A stretch of DNA of 32,000 nt from Cupriavidus necator (GTDB lineage Bacteria > Pseudomonadota > Gammaproteobacteria > Burkholderiales > Burkholderiaceae), in NCBI RefSeq assembly GCF_016127575.1, contig NZ_CP066019.1:1-32000 (forward strand). Direction: 5' to 3'. How positions within the stretch are numbered: the stretch's first letter is position 1; each line of letters starts with the position of its first letter. Below, in pieces: positions 1 through 8,557 of this stretch. Below the pieces are notes generated by a model. That model saw nothing but the letters and a program-made list of their open reading frames with translations, did not search any database and was not told where the DNA came from. The translations under genes and the position numbers were made by a program.

Positions 1-196
1 CCGGCCCACGGCCGTCACGCGCTACCTGGTGCCGTCGCTGCAGGCGATGAACTTCGTCCTCGATGGCGTGCTCGATGGCGGCGTCAACGACGCGCTCAAC
101 CTCGACACGCACGGCAAGGCGCTGTCGTTCCGCCTGCTGCAGCTTGAGATCCCCGTGCCGCCGCGGCTCGTGTCCGGCACCGCGGCTAGCCACTGA
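1..196 (+). CDS. 3' end of an unidentified CDS (5' part lies outside the window)
   Basis: Frame starting at nt 2 is open with strong GC3 bias (...RYLVPSLQAMNFVLDGVLDGGVNDALNLDTHGKALSFRLLQLEIPVPPRLVSGTAASH) and ends at TGA 194-196. It is absent from the ORF track because it has no start in the window. Family not recognised. Confidence 0.5.
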   Translation, partial: RPTAVTRYLVPSLQAMNFVLDGVLDGGVNDALNLDTHGKALSFRLLQLEIPVPPRLVSGTAASH

Positions 197-238
197 TCCA
201 CCGCTTCACACCGACAACGACTTCTACAGGAGACCACG

Positions 239-1204
239 ATGTACCCATTTCTCAAGCCACTGGCCGTCGCCGCACTTGCGCTGATCCTGCCCGCGGGGCA
301 GGCCTGGGCCGAGTTCCCGGACAAGCCGATCCGCTTCGTGGTGCCGTTCGCCGCCGGCAGCGCCACCGACCAGCTGGCGCGTGCCATTGGCCAGGCCATC
401 ACCGTGGACAGCAAGGTCACCGTGGTGGTCGACAACAAGCCGGGCGCGAATGGCTTCATCGCCGCGTCGGACGTGGCCAAGGCCGCGCCGGACGGCTACA
501 CCGTGCTGATCAGCACCAACACCACGCATGCGGCCAACGAGCACCTGTTCAAGAAGCTGCCCTACGACCCGGTCAAGGACTACGCGCCGATCACCGCGCT
601 GGGCCGCGGCGGCCAGATCATGGTGGTCAACCCGCAGGTGCCGGCCAAGACCGTGGGCGAGTTCATCGCGCTGGCAAAACAGCAGCCGGGCAAGCTCAGC
701 TTCGGCAGCGGCAGCTCGTCGTCGCGCATTGCCGGCGAGCTGTTCCAGCAGATGGCGCATGTGGAGTTGCTGCACGTGCCGTACAAGAGCAACCCGCTGG
801 CCATCACCGACCTGCTCGGCAACCAGATCCAGATGATGATCACGGACACGGCCACCGGCCTGCCGCAGGTCAAGAGCGGCAAGCTGCGCGCGCTGGGAGT
901 GTCGGGCAAGACGCGCTCGCCGCTGGCGCCGGACGTGCCCACCATCGACGAAGCCGGCGTCAAGGGCTACGAGATGAGCTACTGGTTCGCGGCCTATGCG
1001 CCCGCCGGCACGCCGCAGCCGGTGGTGGCGAAGCTCAATGCGATGATGGTCAAGGCCGCGCGCGGCGATAGCGCGGCTGGCTTCTACAAGTCGACCGGCA
1101 CTGAGGTGTTCACCAGCACGCCCGCGGAGCTGGCGAAGTTCCAGTTGCAAGAGTCCGGCAAGTGGGGACGCATCATCAAGGCGGCGAATATCCAGCCGGA
1201 GTAA
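239..1204 (+). CDS. Bug/TctC-family periplasmic substrate-binding protein (tripartite tricarboxylate transporter receptor)
   Basis: 321 aa with a signal peptide (ALILPAGQAWA/EF). Typical Bug N-terminus FPDKPIRFVVPFAAGSATDQLAR; about 320 aa; AGGAG 8 nt upstream of the ATG. Confidence 0.9.
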   Translation: MYPFLKPLAVAALALILPAGQAWAEFPDKPIRFVVPFAAGSATDQLARAIGQAITVDSKVTVVVDNKPGANGFIAASDVAKAAPDGYTVLISTNTTHAANEHLFKKLPYDPVKDYAPITALGRGGQIMVVNPQVPAKTVGEFIALAKQQPGKLSFGSGSSSSRIAGELFQQMAHVELLHVPYKSNPLAITDLLGNQIQMMITDTATGLPQVKSGKLRALGVSGKTRSPLAPDVPTIDEAGVKGYEMSYWFAAYAPAGTPQPVVAKLNAMMVKAARGDSAAGFYKSTGTEVFTSTPAELAKFQLQESGKWGRIIKAANIQPE

Positions 1205-1234
1205 ACGCAGGGCAGCGCAAGCTCCCATGCATGG

Positions 1235-1262
1235 AAAACGGGGCCAAACGGCCCCGTTTTTT
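1235..1262 (+). terminator. Rho-independent terminator of the Bug gene
   Basis: Stem CGGGGCC (1239-1245), loop AAAC, stem GGCCCCG (1250-1256), followed by TTTTTT (1257-1262) and preceded by AAAA. Confidence 0.8.
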
Positions 1263-1284
1263 ACGCAGAAGTAGGTACGCTTTG
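1263..1284 (-). repeat. Fourth (inverted) copy of the ACGCAGAA-N3-GGTACGCTTTG intergenic repeat
   Basis: ACGCAGAAGTAGGTACGCTTTG matches the reverse complement of the 21198/21334 repeat (ACGCAGAAACGGGTACGCTTTG) at 19 of 22 positions. It directly abuts the T-run of the terminator. Confidence 0.6.
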
Positions 1285-1390
1285 GTGCTTGCGGCCTTGA
1301 TGGACAAGGGCCGGCTAAGATATGCCTGGCCGCGCGGCCTTGCCGCTCCGGCCTACTCCTCGACAATACCAACCAGAACAGGAACAGGAT

Positions 1391-2437
1391 ATGAAGCAGC
1401 AGTCCGTGGTGTGCCATGCAACCTTACATCCCGGCCGTCCCCCGGGGCTGCGCCAGGCCGTATTGCGTGCCGCCATCGCCGTCACCATGGGGGCCGCCGT
1501 GCTTCCCGCCATCGCCACTGCGCAGACCGCCACGCCGCCGGCGCAGCAGAAGACCCAGGTGCCGGGCTACTACCGCATGATGGTCGGCCAGCTCGAGGTC
1601 ACGGCGCTCTATGACGGCTACATCGACCTGGACCCGAAGATCCTCAGGTACACCAGCGCGCGCGAGGTGCAGAGCCTGCTGGCGCGGATGTTCGTCGAAT
1701 CGACGCCAGGCATGCAGACCGCGGTCAACGCCTACCTGATCCATACCGGCAGCCACCTGGTGCTGGTCGATACGGGCGCGGCAGCCTGCTTCGGGCCCAC
1801 GCTCGGGCGCATCGGCGAAAACCTGCGCGCGGCGGGCTACGCGCCGGAACAGATCGACACCGTGCTGCTGACCCACCTGCACGGCGACCACGCCTGCGGC
1901 CTGGCCGCCAACGGCAAGGCGGCCTTCCCGAACGCAACCGTCTATGTCGACAAGGCCGATGCCGACTACTGGCTCAGCGAGGCCAATGCCGCCGCCGCGC
2001 CGAAGGAGGCGCAGGGCCTGTTCGCCATGGCGCGCGCCGCGGTCGCGCCGTACCAGGCGGCGCAGCGCTTCCGGCCCTTCAACGGCGGCGCCGGTGTCGA
2101 GCCCGTTTCCGGTGTGCGCGCGGTGCCGGCCAATGGCCATACTCCGGGCCACAGTGGCTACCTGTTCACCTCGGGCAAGGACAGCCTGCTGCTGTGGGGC
2201 GACATCGTGCACAGCCATGCGGTGCAGTTCCGCCGCCCGCAAGTGGCGATCGAGTTTGACGTGGACAGCAAACAGGCCGTGATCACGCGCCAGCGCATCC
2301 TGGCCGATGCCGCCAAGGGCCGGCTGTGGGTGGGGGGCGCGCATATGCCTTTCCCGGGCCTTGGCCATGTGCGCCGCGATGCGGCCGGGTATGCATGGGT
2401 GCCGGCCGAGTTCGGTCCAATCCGCAACGACCGCTAG
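1391..2437 (+). CDS. Exported MBL-fold metallo-hydrolase (beta-lactamase-like superfamily)
   Basis: HLHGDHACG (HxHxDH zinc motif) with later H/D ligands (GHTPGH). N-terminal signal peptide ending AIATAQT. Start moved to the ATG at 1391 (MKQQ..., AGGA upstream) within track ORF 1322-2437. Confidence 0.85.
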   Translation: MKQQSVVCHATLHPGRPPGLRQAVLRAAIAVTMGAAVLPAIATAQTATPPAQQKTQVPGYYRMMVGQLEVTALYDGYIDLDPKILRYTSAREVQSLLARMFVESTPGMQTAVNAYLIHTGSHLVLVDTGAAACFGPTLGRIGENLRAAGYAPEQIDTVLLTHLHGDHACGLAANGKAAFPNATVYVDKADADYWLSEANAAAAPKEAQGLFAMARAAVAPYQAAQRFRPFNGGAGVEPVSGVRAVPANGHTPGHSGYLFTSGKDSLLLWGDIVHSHAVQFRRPQVAIEFDVDSKQAVITRQRILADAAKGRLWVGGAHMPFPGLGHVRRDAAGYAWVPAEFGPIRNDR

Positions 2438-2533
2438 CCGTCCACGCACGGCCGTCGCTTTTCGCCTAGAGTCATCCCAGCGGCCCGTATGACGTACGGG
2501 ACGGGTGGTCGTGTCTACTGCGGAGGATTTGCG

Positions 2534-3298
2534 ATGAACGCCAAGGCATCCCGCTTCGATCCTGCCCGCCGCCGCTGGCTTGGTGCCGGCGCCGCGGCCC
2601 TGGTGCTGGCCGTGCCCCTGCCGCGCGCCGCGCGCGCCCAGCCTGGGCCGGCGGCCAGCCGCGAGGCCACCGCGCAGCGCATCGGCGTGATCGGCTCGGG
2701 CCGCATCGGCGGCACGGTGGGCGGGCTGTGGGTCAAGGCCGGACACCCGGTCCTGTTCTCGTCGCGGCACCCGGAGGCACTCAAGCCGCTGGTGGAAGAA
2801 TTGGGTACGCTGGCGCGCGCCGGCACCGTGGCCGAGGCGATTGCGTTCTCTGACGTGCTGTTCCTGGCCACGCCCTACGGCGCGCTGCCGCAGCTCAGCC
2901 GCGACCATGCCGATGCCTGGCGCGGCAAGATCGTGCTCGATGCCACCAATGCCTATGAGCACCGCGATGGCCCGATCACCGAGGAGGCCAGGCGTGACGG
3001 CATCGGCATCACCACCGCGCGCTACCTGCGCGGCGCGCGCGTGGTGCGGGCCTTCAACTTCATGGGGGCGGCACAGTTTGCCAGCGAGCACCACCGGGCG
3101 GGCGGCCTGGTGGCGGTGCCCATTGCCGGCGACGACAAGGCCGCGCTCGATGTGGCCGCGCAGCTGGTGCGCGATGCGGGATTCGAACCGGTGGTGGTGG
3201 GGCCGCTGGCGAGCGCGGATCGCTTCGCACCGGGCGGGCCGCTGTTCCGGCAGGTGGGTACGGCCGAAGAGTTCCGGCGCAAGATGGGCGCCCGCTGA
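2534..3298 (+). CDS. NAD(P)-binding F420-oxidoreductase-like (COG2085-type) protein with a twin-arginine signal
   Basis: Rossmann motif IGVIGSGRIGGTVG. The N-terminus SRFDPARRRWLGAGAAALVLAVPLPRAARA looks like a Tat signal. ATG at 2534 is preceded by GGAGGA, in frame with track ORF 2489-3298. Confidence 0.75.
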   Translation: MNAKASRFDPARRRWLGAGAAALVLAVPLPRAARAQPGPAASREATAQRIGVIGSGRIGGTVGGLWVKAGHPVLFSSRHPEALKPLVEELGTLARAGTVAEAIAFSDVLFLATPYGALPQLSRDHADAWRGKIVLDATNAYEHRDGPITEEARRDGIGITTARYLRGARVVRAFNFMGAAQFASEHHRAGGLVAVPIAGDDKAALDVAAQLVRDAGFEPVVVGPLASADRFAPGGPLFRQVGTAEEFRRKMGAR

Positions 3299-3322
3299 CG
3301 CTGCGCCGGGCGCGCTGGCGCA

Positions 3323-3712
3323 TCAGGGCCGGCGCCGCTCCATTGCCACCATCGACGGCGTAAAGCCGAGCTGGCCGAAGAATGCGGCTTCGGAGGAACG
3401 CGCCGCGCGCAGCATCCAGGTGATGTCGGGGTCGTTGCCCACGATGTGCCGCACCAGGGCGCGGCCGATGCCGCGCCGGCGGTGGCTGGGCGCGACGGCA
3501 ACCATCGACAGGAAGCCGTCGCAGACGTCGTCGCACAGTGCGCGGGCAAAGCCGACGATCTCGCCGTGCTCCACCGCCACGACCACCCGTTGGGAGTTGG
3601 CCACCAGCCGTGCGAATTTCTCCGGGCCGCCCACCCGGTGGGCCCAGCCGTTGGCGATCAGTAGTTGTCTGGCTGCCTCGATGTCGTCAGGCAACAGGTT
3701 ACGGATTTCCAT
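3323..3712 (-). CDS. GNAT-family N-acetyltransferase
   Basis: 129 aa from MEIRNLL. Acetyl-CoA motif A RRRGIGRALV plus a C-terminal FFGQLGF. Start set at ATG 3712 (GGGAGAG upstream) within track ORF 3323-3790. Confidence 0.8.
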   Translation of the reverse strand: MEIRNLLPDDIEAARQLLIANGWAHRVGGPEKFARLVANSQRVVVAVEHGEIVGFARALCDDVCDGFLSMVAVAPSHRRRGIGRALVRHIVGNDPDITWMLRAARSSEAAFFGQLGFTPSMVAMERRRP

Positions 3713-3740
3713 CGGCGGCTCTCCCAGTAAAGCGTGTACG

Positions 3741-3804
3741 GCCCCTCGCCGCCCCCTGCCACGAGGGGCGCCGCGAGTCGAGAACGGCACGGGAACCCGT
3801 GCCG
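3741..3804. repeat. Two GC-rich inverted repeats in the GNAT/amn divergent intergenic region
   Basis: GCCCCTCG (3741-3748) pairs with CGAGGGGC (3762-3769). CGGCACGGG (3785-3793) pairs with CCCGTGCCG (3796-3804). Function unknown. Confidence 0.5.
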
Positions 3805-3899
3805 CGCAATTGGCGGAGTGTAGCGAGCGGGCGCGGGCGCGTCAATTTGGCTTCCGGCGGGGTCGGGTGCTGCTCACGCCGGCGCGCCGGCGCGGTATC

Positions 3900-5387
3900 A
3901 TGGCCTCCATGAACGCCCCCGTCTTTTCCTCCGCACATCCGGCCGATCAGCTTGCCGAGTTCACCGACGCGGATGCGGCGATCGCGCGCATCCGCGACAT
4001 CTACGAAGCTTCTGTCGGCGCCGTGCGCGCGCGCTTCGATGCCTTCGCCAGCGGCAAGCCGCTGCCCTCGGCCGCGCATGCGTGCTATCCGTACCTGGGC
4101 ATCTCGGTCAATATCGAGACCATGGTCACCGACAGCCGGCCGTCATGGGGCACGGTGGCCTACCCGGGCGTGTATGGCACCACCGTGACCCGCCCCGACC
4201 TGCTGGCGGACTACTACCGCGACCAGATCGAGCGGCTGATGCGCTATCACCGCGTGCCTGTGGTGGTAGGGCTGAGCCGGCGCCCGATCCCGCTGCCGTT
4301 CGTGATCGAGGCTTCGACCACCGACATCAGCTACACCCAGGCGCGCGAGCTGGAGGCATCGTTCGTGCTGCCCGAGCTGAGCCGCATCGACGACGGCATC
4401 GCCAATGGCACCTATGAGCCGATCCCGGGCGAGGCCTGGCCGCTGTCGCTGTTCCCGGCCGAGCGCGTGGACCTGGCCCTGCAGCGGCTGTACCACTACA
4501 CCGGCACGGCACCGCAGCATTTCCAGCGCTTCGTGCTGTTCACCAACTACCAGCGCTATGTCGACGAGTTTGTCGAGCTGGGCCGGGGCCTGATGGCCAG
4601 CAGCGACGGCGGCGGCTACACCCGCTTTGTCGAACCCGGCGACGTGATGCAGGAACTGGGCGGCGCGGAACCCGACGACGCCTCGCGCCCGCGCGCGCTG
4701 CCGCAGATGCCGGCCTATCACCTGGTGCGCGAAGACAAGCTGGGGGTGACGCTGGTCAATATCGGCGTGGGACCGTCCAACGCCAAGACCATGACCGACC
4801 ACCTGGCCGTGCTGCGCCCGCATTGCTGGCTGATGGTGGGCCACTGCGGCGGCTTGCGCCGCTCGCAGCAGCTCGGCGACTACGTGCTGGCGCACGCCTA
4901 TGTGCGCGACGACCACGTGCTCGACCACGACTTGCCGCCGTGGGTGCCGGTGCCGCCAATCGCCGAGATCCAGGTGGCCTTGCAGGAGGCCGTTGCGCGC
5001 GTGACCGGGCTGTCCGGCAACGAGATGAAGACCCGCATGCGCACCGGCACGGTGGTCTCGACCGACGACCGCAACTGGGAACTCAAGTCCAAGTCGCTGT
5101 ATGCGCGCTTCAACCAGTCGCGCGCGATTGCCATCGATATGGAAAGCGCGGCGGTGGCGGCCAACGGCTTCCGGCTGCGCGTGCCCTATGGCACCTTGCT
5201 ATGCGTGTCGGACAAGCCGCTGCATGGCGAGCTCAAGCTGCGCGGCATGGCCAACGCCTTCTATCGCCAGCGTGTCAGCCAGCATATGACCATCGGGCTG
5301 GAGGCGATCCGCATCCTGCGTGAGAACGGGGTGGAGCAGCTGCATTCGCGCAAGCTGCGCAGTTTCGACGAGCCGGCGTTCCGCTAG
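3900..5387 (+). CDS. amn: AMP nucleosidase
   Basis: 495 aa from MASMNAP. The N-terminal regulatory domain and the C-terminal PNP/UDP-phosphorylase-like catalytic domain (GVGPSNAKTMTDHLA..., MESAAVA) are typical of Amn. The track ORF 2841-5387 is an artificial 5' extension overlapping other genes. Confidence 0.85.
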   Translation: MASMNAPVFSSAHPADQLAEFTDADAAIARIRDIYEASVGAVRARFDAFASGKPLPSAAHACYPYLGISVNIETMVTDSRPSWGTVAYPGVYGTTVTRPDLLADYYRDQIERLMRYHRVPVVVGLSRRPIPLPFVIEASTTDISYTQARELEASFVLPELSRIDDGIANGTYEPIPGEAWPLSLFPAERVDLALQRLYHYTGTAPQHFQRFVLFTNYQRYVDEFVELGRGLMASSDGGGYTRFVEPGDVMQELGGAEPDDASRPRALPQMPAYHLVREDKLGVTLVNIGVGPSNAKTMTDHLAVLRPHCWLMVGHCGGLRRSQQLGDYVLAHAYVRDDHVLDHDLPPWVPVPPIAEIQVALQEAVARVTGLSGNEMKTRMRTGTVVSTDDRNWELKSKSLYARFNQSRAIAIDMESAAVAANGFRLRVPYGTLLCVSDKPLHGELKLRGMANAFYRQRVSQHMTIGLEAIRILRENGVEQLHSRKLRSFDEPAFR

Positions 5388-5425
5388 TCGCCCCGCTCCC
5401 GGCAGCCGCAAAAGGCAACTTCCGC

Positions 5426-5740
5426 TCAGTGGCTGATCATCCAGGGCCGCCCCCCGGGGGCCTTGGCCGCGTCCGTGCGCCCGGCCAGCCGGACCGGGCC
5501 GCAGCAGCCACACCCGGCGCCATGCGCCGACGATGACCTGGGCTCGGCCGCGCTGCGCTCATTGACCGCATGCGCCGCGCGCGCCGACCTCGCCATGCTG
5601 GCCAGCGCCGGTGCGGCCACCAGCGCGCGCGCTGCCAGCGCGCCGCATTGCGGGCAGGCCGCGGCTTCGTCGCGCCGCGACATTGGCCGCATCACCGCGA
5701 AATCGCCACAATCTTCACACCGATAGTCGTAGGTGGGCAT
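5426..5740 (-). CDS. fmdB: FmdB-family zinc-ribbon putative regulatory protein
   Basis: MPTYDYRCEDCG...CPQCG is the canonical FmdB CxxC-N-CxxC ribbon. ATG at 5740 has GGAG upstream. It lies 40 nt downstream of the formamidase gene. Confidence 0.8.
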   Translation of the reverse strand: MPTYDYRCEDCGDFAVMRPMSRRDEAAACPQCGALAARALVAAPALASMARSARAAHAVNERSAAEPRSSSAHGAGCGCCGPVRLAGRTDAAKAPGGRPWMISH

Positions 5741-5780
5741 TGCATCTCCGCCAGTGGGATCACGACAACCACCTTCCAGG

Positions 5781-7013
5781 CTAGGCCAGGTCGGGGGAAA
5801 GGGGCAGGTCCACGCCGCCCTGGATCATCTTCACCGGCCCGCTGGCGTTGGGCCGGATATCGAAATCGAAGATCTGCGTCGGCAGCCACAGCGTGGCGCA
5901 GGCATTGGGAATATCCACCACGCCACTGATATGCCCCTGAACCGGCGCTGTGCCGAGGATCGAATAGGCCTGGGCCCGCGAGTAGCCGAACCTGCTCAGG
6001 TATTCGATCGCGTTCAGGCATGCCTGCCGGTAGGCCACGTGCACATCCAGGTAATGTTGCTTGCCTGACTCATCGACGGAGATCCCTTCGAAGATCAGGT
6101 AGTCGTTGTAGCTCGGCGTGATCGGGCTGGGCTTGAAGATCGGATTGCGGATGCCGTACTTGGCCATGCCGCCCTTGATCAGCGACACGCGCATATGCAC
6201 CCAGCCGGCCATTTCGATGGCGCCGCAGAACGTGATCTCGCCATCGCCCTGCGAGAAATGCAGGTCGCCCACGGACAGGCCCGCGCCGTCCACATAGACG
6301 GGGAAGTAGACCTTGGCACCGCGTGACAGGTCCTTGATGTCGCAGTTGCCGCCATGCTCGCGCGGCGGCACCGTGCGCGCGCCGGCCGCGGCAGCCTGGG
6401 CGCGCGCATCGCCTTGCAGCCTGCCCATGTGCGCGGTGGCGGCAAACGGCGGATTGGCCAGGGGGGGCACGCGCCCGGGATCGGTGGCGATGAAATCCAT
6501 CTCGCGTTTGTTCCACGTCTCCAGCATGGCCTGGTCCGGCAGGCAGCCGATCAGCCCCGGGTGGATCAGCCCGGCAAAGCTCACGCCGGGGATATGGCGC
6601 GACGAGGTGTAGAGCCCGTGGAAGTCCCAGATCGACTTCTGCGCCTGCGGAAAGTGGTCGGTCAGGAAGCCGCCGCCGTTCTGCTTCGAAAAGAAGCCGT
6701 TGAAGCCCCACTGGCTTTCCGGCCTGGCGCCGATGTCCAGCAGATCCACCACCAGCAGGTCGCCGGGTTCGGCGCCTTCCACGCCTACTGGACCGGACAG
6801 GAAATGGACGATCGACAAATCGATGTCGCGCACATCGTCGGCCGAATCGTTGTTCTTGATGAAGCCGCCGGTCCAGTCGTAGGTTTCGAGGATAAAGTCG
6901 TCGCCCGGCTTGACCCAGCAGGCCATCGGGATGTCCGGGTGCCAGCGGTTGTGGACGTTGGGGTTCTCGTACGGCGATTCGGCCAGATCGACCTTGATCA
7001 GGGTGTCCGTCAT
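5781..7013 (-). CDS. fmdA: Formamidase (acetamidase/formamidase family)
   Basis: 410 aa from MTDTLIKVDLAESPYENPNVHNRWHPDIP, closely resembling FmdA-type formamidases. ATG at 7013 is preceded by AGGAGG. The track ORF 5781-7187 is extended 5'. Confidence 0.9.
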   Translation of the reverse strand: MTDTLIKVDLAESPYENPNVHNRWHPDIPMACWVKPGDDFILETYDWTGGFIKNNDSADDVRDIDLSIVHFLSGPVGVEGAEPGDLLVVDLLDIGARPESQWGFNGFFSKQNGGGFLTDHFPQAQKSIWDFHGLYTSSRHIPGVSFAGLIHPGLIGCLPDQAMLETWNKREMDFIATDPGRVPPLANPPFAATAHMGRLQGDARAQAAAAGARTVPPREHGGNCDIKDLSRGAKVYFPVYVDGAGLSVGDLHFSQGDGEITFCGAIEMAGWVHMRVSLIKGGMAKYGIRNPIFKPSPITPSYNDYLIFEGISVDESGKQHYLDVHVAYRQACLNAIEYLSRFGYSRAQAYSILGTAPVQGHISGVVDIPNACATLWLPTQIFDFDIRPNASGPVKMIQGGVDLPLSPDLA

Positions 7014-7074
7014 GACGTTGCCTCCTGGGTGGAAAAGGGGGTGGGGGATCGGGGATGGGGGAGTTGAAACCGGT

Positions 7075-7764
7075 TCAGACCGACAGCAGTTGCCGGATGT
7101 GGTCCACATCCGTGCTGTTGCGCTGCGTCTCGTGTACGAAGCGGCCGCCTTCGATGACCAGCAGCCGGTCTGCCACGTCCAGCGCAAAGCTCAGCACCTG
7201 CTCGGAAAACACGATCGTGATGTCGCGCGTGCGGCGGATCTCGTCCAGCGCGCGGGCGATGTCCTTGATGATCGACGGCTGGATGCCTTCGGTGGGCTCG
7301 TCGAGCAGCAGCACCTTGGGATCGGCCACCAGCGCCCGCGCGATCGCCAGCTGCTGCTGCTGGCCGCCGGACAGGTTGCCGCCCTTGCGCCGGCGCATGT
7401 CGAACAGCACCGGGAACATCGCGAAGATCTCCTCGGGGATGCGCCGGCGCTTTCCCTGCGCCATGCCGGTGAGGATGTTTTCCTCGACGCTCAGGTGCGA
7501 GAAGATCATGCGCCCCTGCGGCACATAGCCCAGGCCCGCGCGCACGCGGCGATAGCTCTCGTCGCGGGCGACATCCCTGCCATCGATGTAGACCTGGCCC
7601 GAGCGCACCGGCAGCATGCCGATCATCGCCTTGAACAGCGTGGTCTTGCCCATGCCGTTGCGGCCCATGATGGCCACCGTTTCGCCCTGCGCGGCGGCAA
7701 ACGAAACGCCGTGCAGTGCCTCGCTCTGGCCATAGTTCACGACCACGTTGTCGACTGTGAGCAT
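7075..7764 (-). CDS. urtE: UrtE-like ABC transporter ATP-binding subunit (urea/short-chain amide uptake)
   Basis: Walker A GRNGMGKTT, signature LSGGQQQ, Walker B LLLLDEP. 229 aa from MLTVDNVVVNYG (ATG 7764, GGAG upstream). The track start at 7800 is a TTG. Confidence 0.85.
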   Translation of the reverse strand: MLTVDNVVVNYGQSEALHGVSFAAAQGETVAIMGRNGMGKTTLFKAMIGMLPVRSGQVYIDGRDVARDESYRRVRAGLGYVPQGRMIFSHLSVEENILTGMAQGKRRRIPEEIFAMFPVLFDMRRRKGGNLSGGQQQQLAIARALVADPKVLLLDEPTEGIQPSIIKDIARALDEIRRTRDITIVFSEQVLSFALDVADRLLVIEGGRFVHETQRNSTDVDHIRQLLSV

Positions 7765-7796
7765 GTGAGATTCTCCGTCGGTAGCAGGTGGCCGCG

Positions 7797-8540
7797 TCAA
7801 TGGCCCAGGTAGACGTCGATCACGCGCGGGTCGTTCTGCACCTGGGTCATCGAACCCTCGGCCAGGATCTTTCCCTGGTGCATCACGGTGACCTTGTCGG
7901 CGATCTGCTTGACGAAGTCCATGTCGTGCTCGATGACGATCACGGCGCGGCCCTTGCTGACGCGTTTGAGCAGTTCGGCGGTCTGTTCGCGCTCGCGCAC
8001 GCTCATGCCGGCAATCGGCTCGTCAAGCATCAGCAACCTGGGCTCTTGCATCAGCAGCATGCCGATCTCCAGCCACTGCTTCTGGCCATGCGACAGTTGC
8101 GCGGCCTCGCGCTCCAGCGCATCGGCCAGGCCAATCTCCGCGGCCACCTCGGCCACGCGCTGGCGGACCTCGACGGTGGCGCGAAAAGCCAGGGCGCCCA
8201 GCACGCCGCGTCCGCGCGGGAACGACACCGCCAGGTTCTGGAACACACTCAGGTTCTCGTAGATCGATGGCGTCTGGAACTTGCGGCCTACACCGGCGCG
8301 TACGATCTGGTACTCGGGCAGGCCCGTCAGCTCGCGGTTGGCAAACTTGATGCTGCCGCCGCTGGCGCGGGTCTTGCCGCACACCAGGTCCAGCAGCGTG
8401 GTCTTGCCGGCACCGTTCGGGCCGATGATCACGCGCAGCTCGTTGCGGTCGACATAGAGCGTGAGGTTGTCGATGGCCTTGAAGCCATCGAACGAGACCG
8501 TCAGATCTTCCACTGCCAGCATGAAGTCGGTATTGCTCAT
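7797..8540 (-). CDS. urtD: UrtD-like ABC transporter ATP-binding subunit
   Basis: Walker A GPNGAGKTT, signature LSHGQKQ, Walker B LLMLDEP. N-terminus LAVEDLTVSFDGFKAIDNL is typical of UrtD/LivG. Confidence 0.85.
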   Translation of the reverse strand: MSNTDFMLAVEDLTVSFDGFKAIDNLTLYVDRNELRVIIGPNGAGKTTLLDLVCGKTRASGGSIKFANRELTGLPEYQIVRAGVGRKFQTPSIYENLSVFQNLAVSFPRGRGVLGALAFRATVEVRQRVAEVAAEIGLADALEREAAQLSHGQKQWLEIGMLLMQEPRLLMLDEPIAGMSVREREQTAELLKRVSKGRAVIVIEHDMDFVKQIADKVTVMHQGKILAEGSMTQVQNDPRVIDVYLGH

Positions 8541-8557
8541 GGTGTCTGCCTCGCGGG

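Noticed and set aside
1424-3094. 556-aa minus-strand ORF (and the similar 224-1417 minus-strand ORF)
   Set aside because: Both are antisense to the MBL-fold, Rossmann and Bug genes, with shadow-ORF composition.
2841-3899. 5' extension of the amn ORF (similar extensions at 24507-25514 for the dehydrogenase, 26755-27393 for the second Bug gene and 21816-22958 for the small feo-linked gene)
   Set aside because: These extensions overlap other well-supported genes in other frames or strands and lack family similarity. Internal ATG codons with good SD sequences mark where the recognisable homology and GC3 bias begin.
7765-7800. Upstream alternative starts given by the ORF track (TTG 7800, TTG 9712, TTG 12036, TTG 15520, GTG 24067)
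   Set aside because: In each case a downstream ATG has a proper SD, and the protein homology begins there. The upstream codons would create overlaps with neighbouring genes or unlikely N-terminal tails.
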